Assembly (NCBI GenBank): GCA_051362555.1
Contig: CM120640.1
Coordinates: 69,728,788 to 69,792,787 of the forward strand
Length of the DNA: 64,000 nucleotides
Reading direction: 5' to 3'
Origin: Lingula anatina
Lineage: Eukaryota > Animalia > Brachiopoda
The notes beneath the pieces were generated by a model. The model searched no databases, had not been told where the DNA came from, and saw nothing but the letters and a program-made list of their open reading frames with translations. A program made the position numbers and the translations under genes. Positions 1 through 13,800 of this stretch are shown here, in pieces. Each line of letters starts with the position of its first letter. The first letter of the stretch is position 1.

Positions 1-3000
1 TTTGAATTTGTCTAAAGTTTCATTGTACTCGTTATTTTGATACTGTCTTGTCTCTCATCAGCTCATTCTACAGGTGGTTAACTCCCTGTCCTTCCACCTG
101 ATATTGTTACCTGGTCCACCTTACACCTCTCAGCAACACTAGGAACACATTAAATGGTAATGATTTACTTCAAGACTGTGGACTCACAAAGGAGACCACT
201 GACCATTGGTCATTTGAGAACCTGTGATGTTATGAACTGAGGTGAAAATTAAGAGCAAATGAGTGTTTTTCGTGAGTCGGCAGGCCTTCTGATACCCGCA
301 TGTTGTGATGGCTGAGGTCTGTGAACGTGTCGGGGTGTCACGCAGACGCGGGCAGACAGAGGGATTATGCTGCTGTCTTATGGGGTCCACATCTGCTGTG
401 TCAAGACAAAAAGGGGTATCAAAGAGCTTTGGTAAAATTTGAGTTGACAGTTGAACTGGTGCTGTAAGTTGGAATCAATTACCCGGGGAATTTACACATT
501 TGTTGCTTCAATGTTGATGGTATTTGCACAAGATGGCTTTAAAAAACAAAACTTCATCAGGAACTGCTGTTGAAAAAACATCGAACGAAAGCCTGCCCCA
601 ATGGTTTGAAAGCTTTTAAAAGAAAATGTTGGTATTTTTGGTAAAGACCCCTATAGCAGGACTACCTGTGAAAGTTTTTGCAAGTGGTTTAAGTGGAAAT
701 TTAAGCACTTGTTGCACATTCTTAGTGAAACCCAACCCACTGAAAGCTGTCTAGGCAGAGCTACCTGCTGGGGAAGGCCTATGTATCTTCAGTAGAACAA
801 AAATGTCTCCTTTCTGTGACAAACTCTGCTGTCTGATGTAACAGACAAATGTCAACCATATACCTCACGGGTCATGATTTAAGGTCACAATGTTCCCCTT
901 TACTGTTTTCCTCCTTTCTGTGTATCTGTAAGTCCCATCGAAGTAGAAGAAGAAAGAAGTCTTGTTCATTACAAAGGTGTTTCAGAAAAAGTCAAGTGAG
1001 TTTTGAACAATGTATATCACTGCAGTCAAGTATGTACAAAACCTTGATATCACATTTGCTTTGATGACTTTTTCCCAGGCCTCATTGAACCATCACAGTT
1101 TACAAACCAAATAATAAATGTCTCTGATTAGTTTGGTTTAAGATATGCTCCACGGTTTATGAAAATATTTATTGGTGTCAAATGTAGACCGCATTTCACT
1201 CTTCATCTTCTGGCTGTAACATGTGTGGACATAAAATAAATTCTCCAAACTGGGGTGTTGAGGTTTTATGACAGTGATCAAGGGGCGGAACCATAGATAT
1301 TTTCTGACAGTCTTCCAAATTATCTTTGTCGATCCATCATGGCATCAGGCAGTTTCAAAAGCACCATTTTCAACTTGAAAATACATGAACATTCACAGCA
1401 GTGGAAAACGTTCTGGTGCATGTAGGTTTTGTGTCATTAGTAGGTATTATTTCAGATGTGTGATTATCACTGGTAGATTCAAAAGGGAAGAGGACATCCT
1501 GTTTTCAAAGCACATACCATACATATATATTTCTGCTGATTATAATTACGTAGTTTACACCTTTAACTGTACATGGATATAGGGATTATCGTGTACTTTG
1601 CACCTGGTCTCAGTCTGATGTACTGAGATATATAATAACTTAAATAGACATATAGAATAGTTACATAGCTTCCATTGTGTGGATAGAAGGACCATGCAGC
1701 AAAATATTCCACCATTTTTTCTTTTCTCTCTTACTTTTTTTTTTACCGACAACTTAATTTTCTCATGTTAATTTAGACATTCAGACAGAAGTATGACCTG
1801 TTGATGCTCAGTATGATACATGACGCTGCGTAGGTGTAACACCCACACTTTTCACAACTTATCATGATTAGTCCATGTCTTTTACAAGATTGGTTCAAAG
1901 CTGTGAGATTAAAATTTGAGCAAATCAGCTTAGCCTCGTGGAATGTTCCTTTCTAGCAAGCAGACTTGAGATTGTTCCTCTCTAAGAAGTGCTATGGAAT
2001 ATGTTAACATTATGATCCTCAGGCAGAGTAAACAGACATTAAAACTGGGATAAAAAGACATGGAGCCATTTTCTTTTTTTTTTCTTCTTTCTTTTCTTTT
2101 TAGGGAGTGAAGTATCTTGAGACCTTTATAAATAAAAACTTTAAGATATGGTATTATAAGTGAAAAGAGAATAATAGGTTAGGAAAATTTGATAAGAGGA
2201 TTCCAAGGATGTTGCTCTCTTTTCCTTTTTCTCCTCTCCTTGTTCATTTTACCACCAAAAAATTATCACAGGAATGCTTGAAGAACACTTAATAACAATA
2301 TGTAGCCTTTCAGGGGTGCATGCACCAAGTGAACAACTTTCTAGGTGCAAGGAGTATTGCTAGCTGTACTCTGACTTGCCCTTGAACTACCTTTTGCAGT
2401 TTGCGCAATATGTAAACATTTTGTCAAGCTATTACAGCGATCTGAAGTGCCGAGCCTTGTTATTAGTCATCTGGATCCAAACACTTTCATCAAATACAAC
2501 AGCCTGTGGATGGTTTTTCAGTCAGCATGGTGTAGAATGTTTCTGTCTGTCATCTCTTGTTTTTTTCCGTTTTCTCCACTGCATACTGTCCCAGTCATTT
2601 TGGTATTGCTGATGAGTTTTCCCAGTGTATTGGTGTAGAGTCGGTCTGCCGCAGGCCTGGGTAAATACCTATGATAACAGCCATTGTGTCACTGCTGTCG
2701 TCAGCAATTTACGTTTTGCTGTAAAAGTGACGTAGGTTGTGGTAATCAAACTGGGCAACAGAGCTCATGCCCCCCCTTCCTCCCTCTTCCCCCATGTTGA
2801 TAAAGTTAAAACCCTTTAGTTATACTTCAGAATATTCAGTATCATTCACTGAGCTGTAAAAAAAGATGAAGATACTTGTTTGATGGGCTGACATGTTTTT
2901 ATTAGAGTAAAGATAGGTGTCTCTGACACTGCGGCCCTTAAGATTCCATATATCTCTCTATCATGAATTGATTGTTTGATCTAAAAGTTTGACGCGGTTG

Positions 3001-4847
3001 GAAATAATAGGGCATTGTTTTGCGGACCTTTTGATTTACTTGTGAGATTGATCGCAGTAGGGAAAAAACAACTTCAAAAAGATGTCTTTTCAGAATCCAA
3101 ACTGTGCTGTGTAAATCGAGAGCAAATATCCATGGACAAGTGGCTTCAATTTCAAGGCACTATTCTGAGAGCTGGTTATGTTAGAGTAAATTACATGAAA
3201 ACCATTTGTTGAACATTTTTCCCACTGGGTTTAATGGTTAGTGACAACAGGCTGGGGTTGGCCAAGTGCATGCCATTATTTGTGTTTCAGAAGTATTGAA
3301 AGTAGAAGTAAGTTACAAGAGATCAAAGAGCAGGAGTTTGGAGGACAGATCAACTGTACTGGAGCAGTTAATAGTACAGTCACCACACCATGTAGTAGCA
3401 CTTCTTGGGCCTGTGATTTGCACAAATTTCATGTGTAGTTGTCATGCCTAGTTCAGCTTTTCAATCAAAATTACTCGGCCATATACGTTGAAAATATTTG
3501 TGATTAAACAAATATAGGTTAAATAATGATAGCAATAAAAAGAAAAAAAAAGAACAGATTCCCGACTCTCGTTGCTTACAATTGGATACATCCAGGGAAC
3601 ATTTTTCCACTTAATTGCATTTCCACTTAAAATTTACATGTCCAGAAATTAAAGTTTTTTTTTTGTTCTGGAGAACTTGGGTCATTAACGATTGCCATTG
3701 TAATTTAATTAAATGTACAAGTTAAAGCAACAGCTTGGTAAATCAGTGTTCAGACTTGGTAAGTTTGTTTTTGTCATTGAAACTGTTTGTTAAACAGTGG
3801 TATCCAGGGAATGACTCCTGACCTTTTTTGTTACTGTAACTAAAGGAAAACACTTGGTAAAAGCTACTTACCTTATTTGCCCTTAAATGTTTGCCATTAT
3901 AGAAAGCATGACCAGAAAGAAAGAAGAAATGTTGCTTAAATTATGGTGGTATAATTTTTTTAGGAAATATGCTTTGAAAAACTGGAAAATCTGAAAGTGA
4001 TATTCTTGAGAAATATCCGATGGAGCATTAACATGGGCACATCCCGTTAGAGATGAAACATCATGCAATTGTTCATTCCAATGCCTGACGCGTTTGGTAA
4101 AGACATTTTAGCCATACCTTTGTCAAGTTTTGAAAGGATATAAACTAGAAACCTACATATCAGTGGATGGAGTGTACTCTAAAAGAGAACAGAATGTGAC
4201 ACATTTGGTATTAAAAGTTCAGAAAATCACCACCATGGTTCACAGAGGGTTGCCATGGTTCATTGCAAACATGTCGACTCTGTCAAAGGACATTTGTGCT
4301 TGCCCAAAGAAATTTTCTCTCTTTCATTCCTTATATGATTTTAATGTTAAGTTTTAATGGGTTAAATTACACAATGAGCTTACTGGAATTTTGAATGCAA
4401 CTTTTTATTTAACTAAGGTTAGAAATATGACAAATATCCTAAAATTTGGCTCTTTAATCTGCCATGCAGCTAACCTTCTAAGTATACAACCCAAGAGATT
4501 TTATGCAGAATCATGGTGTGACATGGATCATTTGTAGCTCTCTATTTCCCTGAAGGCAGCAAACACCAATGTAAATGCTGGGGCACACGCCTGGTTCTTG
4601 CTGAGGGCCTACATCACATGAATGTTATCCTACATGGCAACAAGGCTTGAAACAAGCTCTGTAGATATACATGTTTATTAGAGATGTGGTGAGATTATTT
4701 ACCATACAAATGGAAACTGACAACACCTGCCTTGATAAAATTTACTATTTGCACAACATTCATATGAAGTATTGGTGAAAAAAAAAAACGTATGGTGTGC
4801 TTCGTGACAACATTTTTATGTTTTTTTATCTCTTTTACTCTTTTCAG

Positions 4848-7800
4848 TTTGAAGGTTGTAATAAAGCTTTCTCACGCCTGGAGAATCTGAAGATTCATCT
4901 ACGGTCACATACAGGAGAGCGGCCATACTTGTGCCAACACACGGGCTGTCAGAAAGCATTCAGCAACTCCTCGGACAGGGCCAAACATCAGAGAACACAT
5001 TTAGACACAGTAAGTACATTGGAAAAACAGGGTGTAAGATGAGGACAGCAGTAAGTATAGGAGATACAGGGATGGAAGATGTTTTTATATGCAGCTATAC
5101 ACCGGCCTACCCTGCCCTACACTACTCACTATTGTTTACAAAGAAAAAAACAAATGTGAACCCCCATTTAATCATTTGAAGCCTTCATCCCTTATCCTCA
5201 AATCATAGCCAGGTGGAACAAAGGCTTCTTTTTAATATCCATCAGTTATGAATTGTCAAACACAATGCCAGTTCTTAATTGAAATTCAATGGAATCTTAT
5301 ACTTTATTACTCTAGCCCTAGGATATAAACAGGGAACAATGGGGGTGCAGTAGCCCCCGGGGGCACATGGTGCCAAGAGTACTAGGGGCAACCTTCTTCA
5401 AAATATCAACAATAGTGGCCTTGATGAGGACAGGGCCTCTGTAATATAAATTGGACATGGGGATAATTGTGTTTTGGGACTGTTGAATAAGTCTGTAAGT
5501 TTGTATTACGCCAGCACAGCAAGGCTCTCACTGAATATCCAGGGAGTTGACTGAGATATCCTCCAGTATCCAAAGACCTGGCTATGAAGCTGCAGACGGC
5601 GGCAAATCTCAGATGGGTTTTGCAACATCAGTAAAACAAACATGATTTAAAAATGGTTAAACAAGGAACTTATCTCGAGATAAGATTAGAAAAACACTTT
5701 ATTCTCTGAGGCTATTGCCAGTCCTTGTACCGACAGCAGGTGGTTCAGATGTTTTATGAGAATTTTTTTTCACACATGACCTAAAATTAACTCTTTTAAG
5801 ATAATAGCCTAATGAATTGGGACATTTTTGACATTCCATTAATGGTGCACTTACACTTAAAAATCTTTCATTGTAGAAATTTTTCTGTGACTTGATGACA
5901 AACCCTACTGTAATGGTTTCTTTGGCTATCGTCACTGTTGTGGAACTGTAGAAAATGAGCTTATAAAGGGACCATAGAGAGCAAATTGTAAAAAACCCAT
6001 GTCAGGGGGGCTAGTCTAATACAGCAAGCAACGATAACATCTCTGCCATCGAGGTGTTGATAGTGTCGTGTTCAGTGAAATGTGGACTTTATTTGCATAG
6101 TCAGACTGAAGGTGAATGGGACTGTGGAATCAAGGCAGTGCCTTATTTCCCCGCCAGTTTTGCCTTTCTCCTGACTTTTGCCCTTGTGGTCAATGATCGA
6201 ATCAGTTTTTTCTTCCAGTTCAGCAGCTCTGCGACATTGTCTGAAAACACAGTTAACTTTGTGAAATAAGAATGAGTTTGGTTAACTTTGGGAGTCTGTG
6301 ACAATTTCAAGATTACAGCGCACAGGGGCAGGGGCAGGGGCAGGGGCAGGTGCACCCTATACATCACCGCGGCCGAAAACTAGCTTGAAGCTACTTTTTG
6401 TTGATCAAACTACACAGTTTGTATGTTTTAATAGAATAGCAGTTGCTCTAACCCATCTGGGCCCACATTTAGATTTCTTAAACTCACAATAGATGCTTTA
6501 TAAGCCTAACTAGTCTTGACTAGTGGCATGTAAACAAGAGCGTGCTTCATGTTGTTTACTTCAACATTTTTTCTGCGGAACCTATTCTTCTGTCCCATAC
6601 AACCTGGCACAAACTGCAGCATGTTTGATGTGTGCAATGAATTGAAACCTCTAATCAATTTGGAGACACATCTTGAGACCCCTTTCCTCACCTTTTCATT
6701 TGTGGAAAAAAGTTAAAAAGCAAATGGAAAAATGGCGAGATGTTTGTCTAGGAGAATGTGCCTTTGAATTCAGAAGAACTGTTCAGACCTTCGCGGGGGG
6801 AGGAGCGGCCATGTGCAGATGTCCTCGAGTTTTCTCAAGGATTTCTTTACAAGAATGCCATCAAAATTGCTTTTGGTTGGTACTAATGAAGCAAAAAATT
6901 GTGACACTCACTTCCTCTATTGCCCAATCTTTCCCCTCTTTGTATTTGTCATACTTTGGCAAGCTTTCAATATAATTGTAACTCTGCTCAGATTTTAAAT
7001 TGATTCAGAAGAACATTTTATCATCTCATGTTATGGGTTTTTGGTATTAAGGCACTTCACAGTTTTATCAAGTTTACAAAAGCTAAAGCTTGTCTTTTCT
7101 TTGACTTTATGATTTAAGAGGGTCCAGAAGTTGATACGTTGGCACCACATGGTACAGCTGACGGCTACAAGGCCTGGCTGGAGGACTGACTGGAATGCCA
7201 TTTCACCATTTAAAATTCTAGTGCTGTTTTTTTTTTTGTTTTTTTTACTTTTTGGGAAAAAAAAGAAAAAAGGAACAAACTGTAGGATAACTATACAGAA
7301 ATGCATTTTGTGATTTGAAGAAGCAATATCACTTTAAGATAACTCCTTTCAGGTTTTGAAACAACAAACAGTCTTAGTGGAGAAAAAAAAATAGAGGGAT
7401 TTCTGCACCATAATTTAATTTATTTGCATCTCATACCTTTTATAAAGATCAAGTTCAACAATGTTCAGGCATAGGGCAAGTTTTTGAATTGAAGTGGAAA
7501 ATGAGACGTATTTTTACTGGAAAAATCATGTGCCTTTGTCAGACCACCCTGACAACTTGAGCATGTAGAAAGGATAAACTGTGGCAGATAGGAGCACTTT
7601 GCCTGCTGTGGAGAACTGGGGGGTTTGATAAAGAACCTGTGAGAGGTATACTAGGCTTCCTGTTTGGCCATATCTAGAACTTATTATGTAAACTTTTCCT
7701 TCTCTAGATACTGATAATTGTGTTATGGAACACTAGCTTCAGAGAGTTCATAACCAGGGAACATTATAGGGGACATAGAATTGGGGGAGGGGGGGGGAGC

Positions 7801-10800
7801 AAGTGATGCAGTTTGTAATATCAAAATAATATATGTGTGGAGGAATTAAATGAGATTGGATATGCTAGTATGTAAATGGAACTGCTTGGTGTCTGTTTTC
7901 ACATATTGCCAATAGTAAACAGAAAAAGCTGAATAATCATGGAATTTTGAAATTATGTCATTACTGAGAAAAAGATGACCTGATACCTTTTGGGGCAAAA
8001 ATTTTTACTGAGTGAACAGTCTGTTTTGGTCATGTTACATGATTGTCTCAAGACAAACATCATGGCAGGGAGAAAGGTCCACCAGAGGGCACCAAAGGTG
8101 GTAAAACATTAACCTGTGGCATGATGGAAACAGACTGTTCACTGAAATAAGTTTTGTCATAATTGTTTTGCACCAGTAGGAATCAAATCACCCTTTTTTC
8201 ATGTGTTTAATGGTGCACAATAAAAGTTATAACCCCATATTATTGTTAATTTTTCCTTTCAGCATCCTAGCTGTCAAGGTCTTTTTAGCTGAACTTTTGT
8301 ACAAGAACCTAAAAAAATTAAAATAACTAAATAAAAAAAAAGGAGGAAAAAAGGGCAACAGGCATCAACTCTGTCAGGAACCTTATTTTTAGTTTTGAAA
8401 TCCGCCTAATGGACCCCTAGCCATACTTGTTCTCATTCATTAAGAAAATAAAAAGTATTTATCCTGGCTGTTCACATGGTGATCAGGACAATTTAGACCT
8501 GAGCTTTCACGCCTTGTGTCATGAGCCCTGTGTTAACAAACTGTATCAGGCTTCACTGCCACCCAAGTGTATGCTAAGGGGATAGAATTAAGAGCTTGGA
8601 GCTGCCCGACCATGAAAAAATACATTAAAAAAGTTATAATTAGTTACAGAAAGTCCAGTCCAAAGATCTTTAAGAATATTTTAAAAGGAGTTGAATCTAC
8701 AAAATTGAGTGTCAAAGAAAAATTACATTCAGTAATATCAAGAACATGGAACAATCTAAGCCTTACATCCAAACTTGTCACAAGATCTTAAACACATCAT
8801 CAATCAGCTGCGTCCTGAAGGTTGACAGCTTATGAAAACAGGACAAGTCAGTCGATTGCAACAACAGATTGCATAAGCTGAGGTACAAGATGTATTTTTT
8901 AGCTCCTTTCAAGTAGTTGTTGGCATGAATAGAAAGTCACAAAGAGTAACAATCATACAGAGAATGGTTTATTGATTTTGCCTCTATGATAGGGCATGAT
9001 CAAGTTTACAAGTGTAATGTAATGATGATGTAGATTTTAATGATAATATGATAAAAATAATATGATAAAATAAATTACAGATGGTCGATTTGAGAACTCA
9101 AACACTGTATTCTTAATTATATCTTAAAGAAGTCTTGTTTTAGACAAACAAATGAAAAAATTACACAAATGACAAATTTTCAACAAAACTTTGATGAATG
9201 GACAAATTTGCACAGATTTTTTTTTTCATTTTCTAAGTGAATGAAGATTTTTCCTTGACCTCTAAAATGTGTATATGCTAACAGATAGCTTTAACAGTCC
9301 ACTTTTCCAAATAATTGTCTATCATAGCCGCCAGGGCTGCTCAGGACTTGGAGAACTTTCACTTCATGCCTGTCATTTACACCAACACAAATGTTAAGAT
9401 TGTATGCTCTCCATCTGTAGTGTTTCTCTCATTCTAGATATATTGGACGTGTAATTAGTCTTTATCTGTATATTAAATAAGTCTGGTGAGAAGTGCCTGG
9501 ATCTATGCACCCTGAGTTTCACTGACCTCATTGTGATTGTTGTCTAAACCTCCTTTTGTTCTCTGTCACTGCTAAGCAAATTTGGAAACTTAATTTTTGG
9601 TGGTAAAAATCCCTCTAATAACCTTTATAGTCGTGGTTTATTAACCAATAAAATCATCCTAATTAGCCTGAGTTAGAAGTTAGAGTATAGATATACTCTC
9701 CACACAACATAAGTAGTTCTCTTCAACACAATGATGATTGGGGAGGGGGGAGTTTCTAGAAGATCCTGTAACTCGGGGCGATCAAATGTTATTGATAAAT
9801 ATAAATACCATTTTAATTTTTCCTTCCAGAAACCGTATGCTTGCCAGATCCCAGGCTGTACTAAGAGGTACACGGACCCCAGCTCTCTCCGCAAGCATGT
9901 CAAGAATCACACACAGAAGGAGCAGCAGGCTCGAAAAAAGGTACTACACCGAATGTCATGGGCAGTATTTGATTGTCATTTATTTGAATTAAGGCCTTTT
10001 TTATTTTACAAAAATCCCTGTCACCTTACAGATATGTACATATCATATTATAGGACATGAGGGAGCACAGCATGCACTGAGGTGACCGTTGCTTTTAATA
10101 CTGTATCAGACCGTTCAGAACAAGTTATGTTGACCTAGCTGATGCACACTAACTACACAGGGACTCTTGCTGAATGCAGTCAGATTAACAGACTAACACG
10201 CATCCTCGAGCAGCTAGGGGGTGATTAACTTTCATGTGTACTTGTCTTCTGGAAGCTTTATCACTTCATTTTCAGGGTGAAAAGTGTGTATGTTCGTCCA
10301 GGTAGTTTGTAGTGTGTTTGTAGCTAGACCAACATAACTCTCTCATTGGCAGTCATAACTCTCATATATATCTTGTAGGAGGAGGGAAGGAATTCAGCTC
10401 CTTTTTTAGGGCTAAATGAAAAGATAGATTTTTATGTGTTAGATGTAAGTTAATCTTTCATAGGAATTGAATGAAAATGAAGCCAGCATTATAAGTAAGA
10501 GGATATGACAAGTCTTACTGTGAACTTATCTCTGGACTGCTGATTTAGACATTGGAGATAAGCTATGAATGGTAGCTTTGGTCATTTGATAGCTAAATAT
10601 TTGCTATTGATAGATTGAATATGTGAAGAATTTGAATAACAGGCTCTGGGTTGTACTTTGTACATTTTGGGTCAGTTTAGTAATGTTTGAGCTGCCACAT
10701 GTTTTCACACATTTAGCAAAATTTTACTTGTAACCTAGCAGTTTTTATCTCTGTTGCACTTGTCTCAATCTCGTCTCACTTTCGTACTTGTGCACTCAAA

Positions 10801-13800
10801 TTTGATGTCTTTACCTTTAGTACAGTTTGTTTATATGTCTGGATTCTGGACTGATGACAGAGTATAAAATCAGCTTTTTGTTATAAATATATATATACAC
10901 CACGTTGTCATATGATTTTTGGTGCATGTTTTCCAGAATTTTCGCCGTGTGATAGTACATTGTTCTGGGCGAAGATTAAATCACTTAAAATTTATCATAG
11001 GCTAGGATCGTCACATGACCCGACTGGAAATTGTCTTAAGAAGTGACACATACAATACATTGTTTGGAATCATTGGTGGCATGCACATTTTGGGACTGTC
11101 AGCAGACATGATTATTTCCAATTTAAATCTGAAATCTGATTTTTTTCTTGGAAGTTTTTTTTTCCCTTACGCAATAATTTCCAGACTGTTGGCTGTATGG
11201 CCACTGATACATTTTTTCCTATTTTTTTCTTACAATCTACAGTCTTTGTCACTGTCTGGCGCTGACAATGCCAAGGCATACAATACTTCTGCTCATGTAT
11301 TGGTATGTGTATAACTGTATGGATATAGGATACTTTATAGTCATGTGCTTGTTTGAAGATTGGAAAATATCATTTCTGGAATTCACATTTGGATATTAAG
11401 AACATGCTTTAAGGTATATAAACAGTTGTGGTTTAACATTATTTTACAAGGAAGAACTTTATTTGCAAGGTCTGGTGAGCAGAGCGTAATTGTTAACTTA
11501 AGAAAAAAAGTTCTCAATACGCTGTCAGATATACAGCATGTGATGTGGAGCGGGGGTCGCGGGGGATTGACCTTGCCAATTACCATCTCAAAGAGATCAA
11601 AGGCAGAACACATTTATCTTTAATATGCCACAAAATTGATGCAGCAGTCCAACCTAAAATAGATCCTCTGTGATCCCCGCTCTTGATAACGCTGTACAGA
11701 ATTCCTGGGGTGCCTTGAACATGCCTGGTAATTGCAGCATTTGAGACAAGGACATGCTCCATAATGTGGACCTGGGTTGGGGGGGGGGGGCTGCGGGGGG
11801 CATTTGCAGTAGTTGTGTAAGAGCACATTTAGAACAGCGGACTAACAGATCTATGGATCAAATATGGCCGACCCACTTGAATGCTTGTTGTGTAATTCCT
11901 GCGGGGCATCCACTCAGCATCAAATGTCGCCATGTTTGATCTGTGGATCTGTTAGCCTGCTGTTCTGAATGTGCTGTAACATGATGTTGCCATCTGCGTC
12001 CCTCATGTGACAAACACATGGAGAGAGGGAGAGATGGAACCCAGGACAAGGACTGAATAGCTAACATGTTATGTTGATAGCTTCCTGATGCTATGTCACA
12101 AGGCGTTTTTTTTTATTCCGGAAATGATAAGTTTTGGTTTCAGCCACAAGTATTATGTTTGGTTGTAAGAAACTGTATTTGCAATATGAATACATTGTTC
12201 TTTATCACTTTCTATTTTTCCTTTACCATGAGAGAGAGAAAAAAAATAGGGAGGTTGAGTTTTCCAATCTTTTCTTTAAAGCACTGTTTGCTCTTATTGA
12301 AATGTGTGTCAAATGGCATGCCTGTTCTAAGATAAGACAGTAGCCATACATCAAATGCAGTATTTTAATCAGTGTTTCATTTCCTCCTATTTTTCAGATG
12401 CGCAGTGCCAACAGTGCAGAGTACGGCTCAGAAGATCTCAATGGCTGCCTCCAAATCTCGCCAATCAAGCCACGTGACTCCCCCATGGGGGATCACCACA
12501 ATGACAGTGGCATTGGTAGGTGGTCGTCGTACGGCTCGCTCCCAGGCACAGCGTCCGGCCACTCAGCAGGTGATCTGAGATGGAGATTTAGATGTGGAAT
12601 CTTTCATTTTGTTTTTATCCACTGTTTTTTTTCCTCTCTGGCACAATTGGCTGACTGAATTTTTCTTGTGGCTTGATTTAGTTATAGTTGTGTCTGAATT
12701 CTTGTAGAATTATTTTGAGTTGAGACTTGCTATCTGCATTTGGAATCTAATGAAGTTATTTCCTCCAAGTTGCTGCAAAGCAGAAAATTGTCATTTCCAG
12801 TGCAGATATTTAGTTTGGATGCTGTGATATTAGATTTGGTTGACTTCTCTCTATCTTCCACCTCCTGAGTGCAGTGACGTGTGCTTCATCACCACTTTGT
12901 ATTAGAATGTCACTAGTCATGATTTCAGTGGCAAGTTTTCCATCCTGAAAGTTTGTCGATTCTGTTTTTTTTTAAGTTAATTCCAGTTCTCTACTTTAGT
13001 TTGGTTTTATGGATGTCTGAAAATCCCTACATAGCATGAATTCAATGATTTACCAAACTATTCTCAGATACTTTTTATACCTATATTTGTAGCCGCATAT
13101 ATTTTGAATCACACTTTTGTATCATCAAATAAAAAGTAGAGCTGTATTTAAAACTCCTGAAAACACTAATTATAAACATTAATTTTTCTTATACTTTGAA
13201 ATAAAGAACAACTGTCAATATGGTAACTGAAAAATTAAGAGCATTTCTATGTCATCATTTAGTGAAGGTAAGTATAAGCACCCATCAAAATTATGCTCTC
13301 GAATCACATAAAATATTTTTATTGATTTGTTTTGTTGTATCCGCGCAGGAACCCTGTATTCCAGCACCCATTCTAGTCGCAGTAACACAGCCAACTACAG
13401 TAACCACCAGTCCCCTGTGAGCATGCACGGCAGTCCCATGATGCCGCACATGAGTGATGATGGGTACGGCTCCGCGCCTCTGTGGCACAAATTTTCATTT
13501 GTAGTTGTCTTAATTTGAAATGCCTTTGGGACATGAGGTGAAATTATGAGGGTTTTTTAAGCACATATCTATTTTATTTGTTAAATTGTTTTCACCTTGT
13601 TTTTTTTTTCTAGCATTCTTATTTTTGAGTTAATTTCCCTTAGCTAGGAACACATATATTCATTTGGTTGGAAATATCAGTGTGATCACATCCATTTGAA
13701 CTCTTGAGTTGATATAATAGTAGGTATAAAAGTTTCTTATGCACTGATATCTTTGGTTTCAGGATGAGTGGCTTCTCCCCCAACCCTCATCACCAGATGA

